A DNA stretch of 64,000 nucleotides from an uncultured beta proteobacterium (GTDB taxonomy: Bacteria > Pseudomonadota > Gammaproteobacteria > Burkholderiales > SG8-41): positions 3,479-67,478 of the forward strand of contig CAISJL010000117.1 in assembly GCA_903885665.1 (NCBI GenBank), given 5' to 3'. The notes under the pieces were generated by a model. That model was not told where the DNA came from and ran no database searches. It saw nothing but the letters and a program-made list of their open reading frames with translations. Of the stretch, positions 1 to 9,319 are shown one piece after another. Within the stretch, counting starts at the first letter, position 1. Every line of letters starts with the position of its first letter. Made by a program: the position numbers and the translations under genes.

Positions 1-9
1 GAATTCCCT

Positions 10-1539
10 ATGAATTGTGTTGAACGTTTAGTGACCTTATTTGGCAGTCAGGCTGAAGTGGCTCGCCGCTTTCGCTTGGATCGTGCGGTGGTAAACCATT
101 GGGTGAAGTCCGGTTATGTGCCGGCACGATGGGCGATGGAGGTCGAGCACATTACTGCGGGACAGGTCGCTGCAGTAGACATACTGAACGAAGCAACATC
201 ACGTAAGCCATTGCGGTTGAAGTCACGCCCCGATGGTGAGAATTTTCTAGCCAACGCCTTAGTAAGGAGTGATTACAGCATGGATAAATTTGCACCCAGT
301 CAACGGATTAGTTCGTTTCACCCACCGCAGCGGACTTTGATGGGACCAGGCCCCACCGAAATTCATCCTCGCGTGCTCACCACCATGAGCCAGCCGGCTA
401 TTGGTTATTTAGATCCAGTATTTGTCGAAATGATGGAGGAGCTGAAGTCCTTACTCCGTTATACCTATCAGACCCACAATGCCTTGACTTTCCCGATTTC
501 TGGACCGGGCTCGGTTGGTATGGAATATTGTTTTGTGAATATGGTGGCACCCGGTGACAAAGTGATTGTGTGCCGCAACGGTGTATTTGGTGGCCGCATG
601 ATCGAGAACGTGGAGCGTTGCGGCGGCACGCCGATTATTGTTGAGGATAAATGGGGCGAGCCCGTGGATCCGCAAAAGCTTGAAGATGCGCTCGTCAAGA
701 ATCCAGGGGTGCGCGTGGTTGCATTTGTGCATGCTGAGACCTCCACTGGTGTGCTCTCTGATGCCAAAACATTGGTGCAAGTTGCACATAAGCATGGTGC
801 TTTGACTATTGTTGATACTGTGACCTCACTAGCGGGTTCTCCGGTATTGGTCGATGAGTGGGGTATTGATGCCGCGTATTCGGCCAGTCAAAAATGTTTG
901 TCTTGCACGCCCGGTCTATCACCAGTCACCTTCTCTGAAGAAGTGGTGAAGTATGTGCAAGCGCGTAAGGACAAAATTCACTCATGGTTTATGGATATGA
1001 ATTTATTGTTGGGTTATTGGGGTGAGACTACGCGGACTTATCACCATACTGCACCGACTAATTCCTTATTTGCATTACATGAAGCCTTGTTGTTAATTCG
1101 CGAAGAAGGTCTGGAGAACTGTTGGGCGCGCGTGCATCGTCACCATACCGCTTTAAAAGCAGGTCTAGAGGCGATGGGCTTGAAGTTTCTAGTGCAGCCA
1201 GCATATCAAACACCGCAGATGAATGCTGTGTATTGTCCAGAAGGCGTGAATGAAGCAGAAGTGCGTAAAACCTTGTTATCGGAATTTGGTTTGGAAATCG
1301 GCGCTGGCCTGGGCCCCTTGGCCGGTAAGATTTGGCGTTTTGGTTTGATGGGTTATTCTTGCCGTCCCGATAATGTGATGCTGTGCTTGTCGGCATTGGG
1401 TTCAGTGTTAGAAGACATGGGGCACGATGTACACGTGGGGGACGCTGAAGCAGCAGCCCATGCCGCTTATGCGTCTATGCACACTACTGCAGCGCAAGCC
1501 AAACTACGTCAAACAGCAAAGACGGGCACGGCGTCGTAA
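10..1539 (+). CDS. Cro/YdaS-like helix-turn-helix domain fused to class V PLP aminotransferase (alanine-glyoxylate/serine-pyruvate aminotransferase type)
   Basis: aa 1-62 (FGSQAEVARRFRLDRAVVNHWVKSGYVPARWAMEVEHITAGQV) has the Cro/YdaS pattern. From aa ~100 there are AGT motifs: LMGPGP, GSGS-like GPGSVGME, VHAETSTGV, IVDTVTS and PLP-lysine SQKCL. The frame is open back to base 1, so the true start could lie outside the window. Confidence 0.85.
   Translation: MNCVERLVTLFGSQAEVARRFRLDRAVVNHWVKSGYVPARWAMEVEHITAGQVAAVDILNEATSRKPLRLKSRPDGENFLANALVRSDYSMDKFAPSQRISSFHPPQRTLMGPGPTEIHPRVLTTMSQPAIGYLDPVFVEMMEELKSLLRYTYQTHNALTFPISGPGSVGMEYCFVNMVAPGDKVIVCRNGVFGGRMIENVERCGGTPIIVEDKWGEPVDPQKLEDALVKNPGVRVVAFVHAETSTGVLSDAKTLVQVAHKHGALTIVDTVTSLAGSPVLVDEWGIDAAYSASQKCLSCTPGLSPVTFSEEVVKYVQARKDKIHSWFMDMNLLLGYWGETTRTYHHTAPTNSLFALHEALLLIREEGLENCWARVHRHHTALKAGLEAMGLKFLVQPAYQTPQMNAVYCPEGVNEAEVRKTLLSEFGLEIGAGLGPLAGKIWRFGLMGYSCRPDNVMLCLSALGSVLEDMGHDVHVGDAEAAAHAAYASMHTTAAQAKLRQTAKTGTAS
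264..282 (+). promoter_or_regulatory. Possible internal ribosome-binding site and in-frame ATG (Met91) for an HTH-less aminotransferase isoform
   Basis: AAGGAG at 264-269, then a 10-nt spacer and ATG at 280-282 in the same frame as the ORF, just before the enzyme domain. Confidence 0.5.
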
Positions 1540-1627
1540 CGCTGGTTTTTTAAGCGCCAAGTCACCCAGCAGGATTGCTTCAGGTAGTCAGTATTAAGGT
1601 CGTAAAGACTGGATCAATAGTTGGATT

Positions 1628-1661
1628 AAAAAAAGCACCTCGGTTTTGAGGTGCTTTTTTG
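1628..1661. terminator. Bidirectional intrinsic terminator between the aminotransferase and metF
   Basis: AAAAAAAGCACCTC-ggtttt-GAGGTGCTTTTTT: perfect stem with A and T tracts on both sides, between convergent genes. Confidence 0.9.
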
Positions 1662-1704
1662 TGGGTACTGTATGCCCATCAACTCTTAGAAAGCTGTGAC
1701 GTGG

Positions 1705-2562
1705 TTAATCGACTTGCGGCAACCCCAAGCGTTGCCAAATGGTTAGTGTGGGCGCTGCTTGGTTCATGGTATAAAAATGCAGCCCTGGTGCGCCTCCAGC
1801 GAGTAGTTGCTCGCACAGTGTAGTGACTACATCCAGACCAAAGGCTTGGATCGAAGTGGTGTCATCACCATAGCCTTCAATTTTGCGGCGAATCCAACGC
1901 GGAATTTCCGCACCACAAGCATCAGAGAAGCGGGCTAATTGCGAGAAGCGACCAATCGGCATAATCCCTGGTACGATGGGGATGTCAATATGCATCGATG
2001 CGCACGCATCCATGAAATGAAAATAGCAATCAGCGTTATAAAAATATTGGGTGATGGCTGAGTCTGCGCCTGCGTCGACTTTACGTTGAAAGTTTAACAA
2101 GTCTTGTTGGGCATTGAGTGCTTGCGGGTGATACTCTGGATAGGCCGCAACCTCAATAGTAAATTGTTGTCCAAACTCGCTGCGAATAAAACGCACCAAC
2201 TCGTTAGCATAATGCAGTTCACCTGCGCTACCTGTACCTGAGGGCAGGTCGCCCCGCAGTGCAACCAAATGTTGTATGCCGTGACTCCGATAGTCATTCA
2301 AAATAGCGTGGATTTCTTGCTTAGTCGAACCCACGCACGAGATGTGAGGGGCTGCCGCATAGCCGGCAGCTTGTAGATCGCGAACGACCTGTAGCGTGCG
2401 TTCGCGGGTGGAGCCACCCGCACCATAGGTTACCGAGAAAAATTTAGGTGCGAGTGCGGCCAGCATTTTGGCGGTATGGGCGAGTTTGGTAACGCCTTCC
2501 GTAGTATTGGGCGGGAAGAACTCAAAGCTAAAGGTTTGTGAGCGATTGCTTGGTGCAGTCAT
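1705..2562 (-). CDS. metF: 5,10-methylenetetrahydrofolate reductase
   Basis: FSFEFFPP, FFSVTYGAGGST, ALRGD, AITQYFY, GLHFYTMN. Start moved to MTAPSN (2562). Confidence 0.96.
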   Translation of the reverse strand: MTAPSNRSQTFSFEFFPPNTTEGVTKLAHTAKMLAALAPKFFSVTYGAGGSTRERTLQVVRDLQAAGYAAAPHISCVGSTKQEIHAILNDYRSHGIQHLVALRGDLPSGTGSAGELHYANELVRFIRSEFGQQFTIEVAAYPEYHPQALNAQQDLLNFQRKVDAGADSAITQYFYNADCYFHFMDACASMHIDIPIVPGIMPIGRFSQLARFSDACGAEIPRWIRRKIEGYGDDTTSIQAFGLDVVTTLCEQLLAGGAPGLHFYTMNQAAPTLTIWQRLGLPQVD

Positions 2563-2636
2563 GGCACTGTATTCAGTATGCTGTGTCTGTGAATTCAACC
2601 GCCACAGCATACTGCCTTAGTTAAGTGAATACCGAA

Positions 2637-4040
2637 TTAATACCGGTAGTGATCTGGCTTAAAGGGGCCGTCCACGGTTAATTGCAGATATTCGCATTGT
2701 TTTTCACTGAGGTTAGTGAGTTCAACACCAAGCTTCTTCAGATGCAAGCGGGCAACTTTTTCATCGAGGTGCTTGGGTAGCACATAGACTTTATTTTGAT
2801 ATTGGTCTCCACGGGTATAGAGCTCGAGTTGTGCCAAGGTTTGATTAGTGAACGAGCTTGACATCACGAAAGAGGGGTGGCCGGTGCCGCAACCCAAGTT
2901 GACCAGGCGACCTTCTGCTAAAATAATCAAGCGCTTGCCATCAGGGAAGATCACATGATCGACTTGCGGCTTGATGTTTTCCCACTTGAGTGTTTTGAGT
3001 TGGGCAATTTCGATTTCAGAATCAAAGTGACCGATGTTACACACAATACTGTTGTGTTTCATGCGCGACATGTGTTCAAAGTTGATGACCGCTAAGTTGC
3101 CGGTGGCGGTCACAAAAATATCGGCTTTATCAGCAGCGTAATCCATAGTCACGACACGGAAGCCTTCCATCGCCGCTTGCAGCGCGCAAATTGGATCAAC
3201 TTCAGTCACCCAGACTTGGGCAGATAGTGCGCGCAATGCTTGAGCGCTGCCTTTACCCACATCACCAAAACCGCAAACCAAGGCAATCTTGCCAGCGATC
3301 ATCACGTCAGTGGCGCGCTTGATAGCATCGACCAGTGATTCACGGCAACCATAAAGGTTGTCAAATTTGGATTTGGTCACGGAGTCATTGACGTTGATCG
3401 CAGGGAATGGCAGGCGACCTTCCTTTTCCATTTGGTATAAGCGATGCACACCGGTGGTGGTCTCTTCAGTCACGCCCTTGATGTTGGCTTCGATCTTGGA
3501 GTAAAAGCCAGGTCTTTCTTTTAAAGTTTTACGCATGGCAGCGAATAATACGATTTCTTCTTCATTGCTGCCGATGGGGGGTTGGGTGTTGGCGCGTTCG
3601 TGTTGCGCACCTAAGGTGACTAAGAGGGTCGCATCACCGCCATCATCTAAGATCATGTTTGGTGTGCCGCCATCGTGCCATTCGAGGATGCGATGCGTGT
3701 AGTCCCAGTAATCTTCTAGAGTCTCACCTTTGTAAGCAAATACAGGAATACCCGTCGCAGCAATTGCGGCTGCTGCATGATCTTGCGTTGAAAAAATATT
3801 ACAAGATACCCAGCGAATATCAGCACCTAAGTCAGCCAGAGTCTCAATTAATACGGCAGTTTGAATGGTCATGTGTAGCGAGCCGGCAATGCGAGCACCT
3901 TTCAGGGGCTTTTTGCCTTTGTATTCTTCGCGTAATGCCATCAGACCAGGCATTTCGGTCTCGGCAATTGTGATTTCTTTACGGCCAAATTCGGCTAATT
4001 CGATATCGGCGACAACGTAATCGGTATTTTTTGTAGTCAT
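2637..4040 (-). CDS. ahcY: Adenosylhomocysteinase
   Basis: [45 protein letters not shown]-terminal DHYRY. AGGAG RBS before ATG 4040. Confidence 0.98.
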   Translation of the reverse strand: MTTKNTDYVVADIELAEFGRKEITIAETEMPGLMALREEYKGKKPLKGARIAGSLHMTIQTAVLIETLADLGADIRWVSCNIFSTQDHAAAAIAATGIPVFAYKGETLEDYWDYTHRILEWHDGGTPNMILDDGGDATLLVTLGAQHERANTQPPIGSNEEEIVLFAAMRKTLKERPGFYSKIEANIKGVTEETTTGVHRLYQMEKEGRLPFPAINVNDSVTKSKFDNLYGCRESLVDAIKRATDVMIAGKIALVCGFGDVGKGSAQALRALSAQVWVTEVDPICALQAAMEGFRVVTMDYAADKADIFVTATGNLAVINFEHMSRMKHNSIVCNIGHFDSEIEIAQLKTLKWENIKPQVDHVIFPDGKRLIILAEGRLVNLGCGTGHPSFVMSSSFTNQTLAQLELYTRGDQYQNKVYVLPKHLDEKVARLHLKKLGVELTNLSEKQCEYLQLTVDGPFKPDHYRY

Positions 4041-4062
4041 TGCAACAACTCCTGATGTGAAT

Positions 4063-4126
4063 GGGCGCCGTTGCAAAAGGTGCGTCCCGAGCCTGGCCGA
4101 TAGTTTCGGTCGCAGCGCCCCTCAGG
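4063..4126 (-). ncRNA. SAH riboswitch (proximal copy, translational platform for ahcY)
   Basis: Minus strand CCUGAG-GGGCGCUGCG-ACCGA aacua UCGG-CCAGG-CUCGGG ... CAACGGCGCCC. P1, P2 and the P4 pseudoknot (GGGCG/CGCCC) fit the SAH consensus. The 3' P4 strand UUGCAACGGCGCC can alternatively pair with GGAGUUGUUGCAA, covering the ahcY RBS. Confidence 0.9.
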
Positions 4127-4197
4127 TGCACGTAAGGTCTCGAATATGAGTGCAGCGTAAAACGGGTGTTATGGTGATCTAATGTGATTAAACAATT

Positions 4198-4233
4198 AAA
4201 AAAAGCGCTCGCACCGTCAGACGGTACGAGCGC
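4198..4233 (-). terminator. Intrinsic terminator forming the expression platform of the distal SAH riboswitch
   Basis: Minus strand GCGCUCGUACCGU-cug-ACGGUGCGAGCGC-UUUUUUU (13 pairs incl. one GU, 7 U). The left arm overlaps the aptamer P4 strand. Confidence 0.88.
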
Positions 4234-4286
4234 AGTTGTATCTGGCTGAGCCTGGCCGGATTGTTCCGGTCGCAACGCTCCTCAGC
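4228..4286 (-). ncRNA. SAH riboswitch (distal copy, transcriptional platform, 16 nt after the metK stop)
   Basis: Minus strand GCUGAG-GAGCGUUGCG-ACCGGA acaa UCCGG-CCAGG-CUCAGC ... CAACUGCGCUC. It covaries with the proximal copy in P1 and P4. Confidence 0.9.
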
Positions 4287-4301
4287 GGGCAGAATTATAG
4301 C

Positions 4302-5468
4302 TTATTTCAGACCCGCAGCAGCTTTCAGTGCAGTCGCCTTGTCAGTATGCTCCCAAGTAAATTCTGGCTCATCACGACCAAAGTGGCCGTGCGCTGCCGT
4401 TTTCAAGTAAATGGGACGCAAGAGATCGAGTGACTGAATAATGCCTTTAGGGCGCAGATCAAAATGCAGTTCAACCAAAGCGCTGATCTTCTCATCGCTG
4501 ATTTTACCGGTGCCAAAGGTGTCAACCAGCACGCTGACAGGGCGCGCAACACCAATCGCGTAAGCAACTTGTATTTCACACTTAGAAGCCAAGCCGGCGG
4601 CAACAATATTTTTAGCGACATAACGGGCTGCGTAGGCGGCAGAGCGGTCAACTTTTGATGGGTCTTTGCCGGAGAATGCACCGCCACCGTGGCGCGAATA
4701 GCCGCCGTAGGTATCTACAATAATTTTACGACCTGTCAGGCCGGTATCACCTTGCGGGCCGCCGATGACAAAGCGCCCTGTGGGGTTAATTAAATATTTG
4801 GTGTCTTTGGTGATCATATTCACTGGCAATACCGGTTTGACCACCAATTCGATAATGGCATCGGTCAAATCTTTGTGGCTGATGTCCTCACGATGCTGGG
4901 TTGAAATAACCACGGTATCAATATGGTGTGGTTTGCCGTCGACATAACGAACCGAGACTTGCGATTTGGCATCGGGACGCGCCCAGGGTAGGCGACCGTC
5001 ACGGCGGAGTTCGGCATGACGCTCCATCAAGCGGTGCGAGTAGTAAATCGGCATCGGCATGAGTTGTGGTGTTTCATCGCAGGCAAAACCAAACATCAGT
5101 CCTTGGTCACCCGCGCCTTGATCGAGATCTAAACCTTTGCCTTCATCGACGCCTTGCGCAATATCAGTGGACTGTTCGTCGTAACAAACTAATACGCCGC
5201 AACTTTTGTAATCAAAGCCAATGTCAGAGTCGGTGTAACCAATTTGCTTAACGACTTCGCGTGCCACTTTGGCATAATCAACCCGGGCGCTGGTGGTCAC
5301 TTGTCCGGCCAATACGACTAAACCGGTGTGGGTCATGGTCTCGGCGGCGACTCTGCCGTTTTTATCTTGGGCCAGAATAGCGTCAAGCACTGCATCAGAA
5401 ATTTGATCGGCAATTTTGTCGGGATGACCTTCGGATACAGATTCAGAGGTAAATAGAAAGTTACTCAT
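4302..5468 (-). CDS. metK: S-adenosylmethionine synthetase
   Basis: [56 protein letters not shown]. Confidence 0.99.
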   Translation of the reverse strand: MSNFLFTSESVSEGHPDKIADQISDAVLDAILAQDKNGRVAAETMTHTGLVVLAGQVTTSARVDYAKVAREVVKQIGYTDSDIGFDYKSCGVLVCYDEQSTDIAQGVDEGKGLDLDQGAGDQGLMFGFACDETPQLMPMPIYYSHRLMERHAELRRDGRLPWARPDAKSQVSVRYVDGKPHHIDTVVISTQHREDISHKDLTDAIIELVVKPVLPVNMITKDTKYLINPTGRFVIGGPQGDTGLTGRKIIVDTYGGYSRHGGGAFSGKDPSKVDRSAAYAARYVAKNIVAAGLASKCEIQVAYAIGVARPVSVLVDTFGTGKISDEKISALVELHFDLRPKGIIQSLDLLRPIYLKTAAHGHFGRDEPEFTWEHTDKATALKAAAGLK

Positions 5469-5761
5469 AATAGTCGTGAGATCTTTTTAGTGGATGGTTG
5501 GGTTAAGTGGTACGAAGTGATGTTGGTTTGTTGTGTTGTGATCATTATTGGGATGAAGAGTAAGAACGGTGCGACAAACCGTATTGGAGACAATTGAAAT
5601 TTTGATCAAAACATTTAATGCAGTGAACGGTTGCCGTGTAAGGGATTGCGAATTGTACCTATATTGCAGGGAAATCACAAAAAAAGCGTAGTAAATGGTG
5701 TCATTGTCAGCAGTTTAGTCTCAAAGCCGCGTTAGAATACCATATTAATGATTATTTTAAG

Positions 5762-6628
5762 ATGAACTCTGCCTTCAAAACCCTTGCTTTCATTGCGCGT
5801 TTATTGGCTCGTTTGCCCTTGCCGTTGTTGCATGTCTTGGGCAGTGGTTTGGGATGGTTGGCGTATTGGACGTCGTCCTCGTATCAAGAGCGCACCCACG
5901 TCCATCTTCAGGCTAGCGGTCTTTGTCCAAATCCCACGCTGTATCGCCAGGCGTTGCATACCGCGATTGCCGGTGGCGGTCAGGCGGTGACGGAGGCTGT
6001 AAAAGTTTGGTTTGAATCAGAGCGTATGTTGCTCAATATGGTGCAATGTACAACTTGGGGTGTGGTTGAAGCAGCCCAACAGCAGGGTAGAGGCGTGATT
6101 TTCTTAACTCCACATTTGGGTTGTTTTGAGATGTGTGGTTTTTATTTAGCGCAACAGTTCCCGCTCACCATACTATATCGGCCGTCTAAAAATAAATTAT
6201 TGGATCAATTGATGGCTGTGGGCCGGTTACGCGGTCAGGCGGTTTTGGCGCCCGCAAACTTAAAAGGGGTGAGATTGTTATTTAAAGCCTTGCGACGGGG
6301 CGAAGCCATTGGCATTTTGCCCGATCAAGTGCCAAGTGTTGGTGAGGGGCAGTGGGCGGATTTTTTTGGTCGCCCCGCCTATACCATGACCTTGGTTAGC
6401 CGCCTGCAACACACTACGGGCTCGCCAGTTGTGATGGTGTTTGCCGAGCGCCTACCGCATGGCCAGGGTTTTTATTTGCATTGTGAAGCGGTTAACGCCA
6501 ACCCATTGGATGCGCGGTCGCTCAATGCCGCGATCGAGCACGTTGTACAACGGGCGCCGGGTCAGTATCTATGGGGCTATAACCGTTATAAATCGCCCAG
6601 TGCGGCAGCTTCACAGGCCTTATTGTAA
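5762..6628 (+). CDS. Lipid A/lysophospholipid acyltransferase (LpxL/HtrB family), paralogue 1
   Basis: LTPHLGCFE (HxxxxE), ILPDQVP, ADFFG, QYLWGYNRYK. Confidence 0.85.
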   Translation: MNSAFKTLAFIARLLARLPLPLLHVLGSGLGWLAYWTSSSYQERTHVHLQASGLCPNPTLYRQALHTAIAGGGQAVTEAVKVWFESERMLLNMVQCTTWGVVEAAQQQGRGVIFLTPHLGCFEMCGFYLAQQFPLTILYRPSKNKLLDQLMAVGRLRGQAVLAPANLKGVRLLFKALRRGEAIGILPDQVPSVGEGQWADFFGRPAYTMTLVSRLQHTTGSPVVMVFAERLPHGQGFYLHCEAVNANPLDARSLNAAIEHVVQRAPGQYLWGYNRYKSPSAAASQALL

Positions 6629-7494
6629 TGTCTAGATTCGGCCTGGCCTTGGTGTGGTTACTCCACCGCTTACCCTTTGCACTGTTAGTCTGGTTTGGGC
6701 GTGCTTTGGGCCTTTTACTCTTCGTGCTAGCCATTGAGCGGCGTAGGGTGGTGTTGACCAATTTACAATTATGTTTTCCTCATTGGGGTGCTGCACAGCG
6801 GCGGCGGGTGGCGCGAGCGCATTTTCAGGCATTGGGCCGTTCGCTCCTTGAGCATGGCATATTGTGGTGGGCTAGTCGGGAGCGAGTGTTTGATTTAGTG
6901 CGAGTCGAAGGTGAGGCACATTTCAGAGCAGTCGAGCATGGCCCTGTGATTTTGTTAGCGCCCCATTTTGTCGGCTTAGATATGGGGGGCATTCGCTTTG
7001 GCGCGCAATGGGAAGGGGTATCCGTGTATAGCCAACAGAAAGACCCAGTATTTGATGATTTGTTGTTGCGGGGACGCACCCGTTTAGGGCCTGCCCAATT
7101 GTTTTCACGGCAAGAGGGTATTCGGCCGGTGGCGCGAGCGATTAAGGCGGGCTATCCGTTTTACTATCTACCCGACATGGATTTTGGGGCCCGCGATTCG
7201 ATTTTTGTAAGCTTTTTTGAAACCACCGCTGCGACCATTACTGGTTTGTCGCGTTTGGCGCGTTTAACAGGAGCGCGGGTAGTGCCTTTGGTCACGACGC
7301 AATTACCAGGTACTGACGGCTATGTCATGCAATTTTACCCGGCCTGGGATGACTTCCCCAGCGATGATATTGTTGCCGACACCCGAAGGATGAACGCATT
7401 TATTGAAGCACGAATTCTGGAAATGCCCGAACAATACTACTGGGTGCATAAACGTTTTAAGACTCGCCCCGCGGGCGAGGCGTCAGTTTATTAA
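6628..7494 (+). CDS. lpxL: Lipid A lauroyl acyltransferase (LpxL/HtrB family), paralogue 2
   Basis: LAPHFVGLD (HxxxxD), YLPDMDFG, PEQYYWVHKRFKTRP. Start overlaps the upstream stop. Confidence 0.85.
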   Translation: MSRFGLALVWLLHRLPFALLVWFGRALGLLLFVLAIERRRVVLTNLQLCFPHWGAAQRRRVARAHFQALGRSLLEHGILWWASRERVFDLVRVEGEAHFRAVEHGPVILLAPHFVGLDMGGIRFGAQWEGVSVYSQQKDPVFDDLLLRGRTRLGPAQLFSRQEGIRPVARAIKAGYPFYYLPDMDFGARDSIFVSFFETTAATITGLSRLARLTGARVVPLVTTQLPGTDGYVMQFYPAWDDFPSDDIVADTRRMNAFIEARILEMPEQYYWVHKRFKTRPAGEASVY

Positions 7495-7629
7495 TGGCAT
7501 CCCTTATATAATAGGTTTGATGATTATGCGGAAAATGTGGATACCTTCAGAGTCGATGCGGCAGCCAAGCCCGAGAGGGATTGCTCGCGGATGGGTGGTG
7601 GAGGCTTGGATCCATAGAGGGGGCGGGGT

Positions 7630-8493
7630 ATGAGCGAGCAGTTGGTATTTACTAAAATGCAGGGCCTTGGCAATGATTTTGTGGTGATTAATGCGACAAC
7701 TCAGCCCTTTAACCTGAGCGTTGCCCAGATGCGCGCACTAGCGGATCGGCATTTTGGTGTTGGTTGCGATCAAATTCTGGTGGTGGAAGCTGCTCGTACT
7801 CCCGATACCGATTTTTACTACCGTATTTTTAATGCCGACGGCGGCGAAGTGGAGCAATGTGGCAATGGTGCACGGTGTTTTGTGCGCTACGTGCACGAAC
7901 ATGGCTTAATCACGGCATCGCAGATTCGCGTAGGCACGCGGGCTGGCGTGATTGTGTTAACGCTGACCGCGGCTGGTGAGGTGACCGTCAATATGGGCGC
8001 TCCGGTATTTGCTTTATCACAAATTCCTTGTTTGGCACCGGCACTGGCGGTAGAGTATGACTTACCTTTGAACGAAAAAACAATTAAAATCAATATATTA
8101 TCTATGGGTAATCCGCATGCAGTGTTGCGGGTGACCGATTGGGATGCAGCACTGGTAGCGCGTGATGGTGCTTTAATTCAAGCGCACCCGTGGTTTCCCC
8201 AGCAGGTGAATGTTGGATTTTTGCAGGTGATCGATAGACAGCATATTCGCTTGCGAGTCTATGAGCGGGGGGCGGGTGAAACCTTGGCTTGTGGAACGGG
8301 CGCCTGTGCCGCGGTAGTCGCTGGTATTCGACAAGGTTGGTTAGACGCGCAGGTACGAGTGACAACCCGTGGTGGTGATTTGCAGATTGGGTGGGCTGGC
8401 GCAGACGCTCCCGTGTACATGACGGGCCCAGCAGTCACCGTATTTGAAGGGGTGGTAGCGGTGGCAAGCTTGGATGGCGGTCGCGCAGCCTAG
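7630..8493 (+). CDS. dapF: Diaminopimelate epimerase
   Basis: [44 protein letters not shown]. Confidence 0.97.
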   Translation: MSEQLVFTKMQGLGNDFVVINATTQPFNLSVAQMRALADRHFGVGCDQILVVEAARTPDTDFYYRIFNADGGEVEQCGNGARCFVRYVHEHGLITASQIRVGTRAGVIVLTLTAAGEVTVNMGAPVFALSQIPCLAPALAVEYDLPLNEKTIKINILSMGNPHAVLRVTDWDAALVARDGALIQAHPWFPQQVNVGFLQVIDRQHIRLRVYERGAGETLACGTGACAAVVAGIRQGWLDAQVRVTTRGGDLQIGWAGADAPVYMTGPAVTVFEGVVAVASLDGGRAA

Positions 8494-8674
8494 GCGGTAC
8501 AGTGCTAGGATTAGGGGAAGATGCGGTAAATTAGGTTAGAAGTTGGTATTTGCGGATGGTTTTTAATGGTGGTACGGAGATGTGCTTGACTGCGGCCATT
8601 GTCGCGACGATAGATGAATAGATGCCGTTGAATTGAATGCAGAATTTAATATAGAACCCAAGGATGATTTGCTG

Positions 8675-9319
8675 ATGAATGCCGATGAAGTTGCAGCGTA
8701 TTTGAAGGCACACCCCGAATTTTTTGAGCAATACGGCGAGGTGGTGGCTGATCTCTCTATGCCCAGTCCGCACGGCGGGCGCGCTATTTCTATTAGTGAG
8801 CGGCAGATTTTTACGCTGCGTGAGCGTAGCAAGAAGCTCGAGAGTAAATTGGCTGAGATGATCCAATTTGGTGAAGAAAACGATGTCATTATTCAGAAGA
8901 TACATCGCTTCACGTTATCGATGATTCGCACGCGTGGCTTGCTCGAAGTGGTCCACGCTATTGACGAAGGATTACATGGCGATTTTGTAGTCCCGCAGGT
9001 AGCTTTACGCCTGTGGCATGACGCGACCCCGTCATCATTGCGGCCCTCTGCCGCCTTGCATCACTTGGGGGAGAGCTTGACTGAGCCGCAGTGTGGCTCA
9101 GTGGCTTTGATTGATGCTACCGAGTTGTTTGGTGATGCGGCTGCTGATTTACAGTCTTATGCCTATGTGCCGCTACGCACTGCAGGTGTAGCGTTTGGTT
9201 TGTTGGTAATGGCCAGCGAAGATGAGCGGCGCTTCTACGCTGAAATGGGCACCGTTTACTTAACCTGTATTGGTGATTTGATTGCGGCTAGCTTGCAGCG
9301 CGAGCTAGATGCGGCGTGA
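8675..9319 (+). CDS. DUF484 family protein (GAF-like, YigA type)
   Basis: VAAYLKAHPEFFE N-terminus, ISERQ, RFYAEMGT; canonical position between dapF and xerC. Start could be 8633. Confidence 0.85.
   Translation: MNADEVAAYLKAHPEFFEQYGEVVADLSMPSPHGGRAISISERQIFTLRERSKKLESKLAEMIQFGEENDVIIQKIHRFTLSMIRTRGLLEVVHAIDEGLHGDFVVPQVALRLWHDATPSSLRPSAALHHLGESLTEPQCGSVALIDATELFGDAAADLQSYAYVPLRTAGVAFGLLVMASEDERRFYAEMGTVYLTCIGDLIAASLQRELDAA

Noticed and set aside
1-6. Window begins with GAATTC (EcoRI site)
   Set aside because: May indicate a restriction-cloned insert end, or chance. It is not a biological feature, but it means the first gene's start and promoter are unseen.
10-200. Cro-like HTH as evidence of a prophage
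   Set aside because: No integrase, structural or replication phage genes in the window; neighbours are housekeeping.
5469-5761. Possible SAM riboswitch or 63-aa ORF (5487-5678) upstream of metK
   Set aside because: No SAM-I/II/SAH conserved motifs recognised; the ORF is low-complexity with no family signature.
5762-7494. Tandem acyltransferase paralogues as a novelty
   Set aside because: Paired LpxL-family genes next to metK/dapF are a common betaproteobacterial arrangement.
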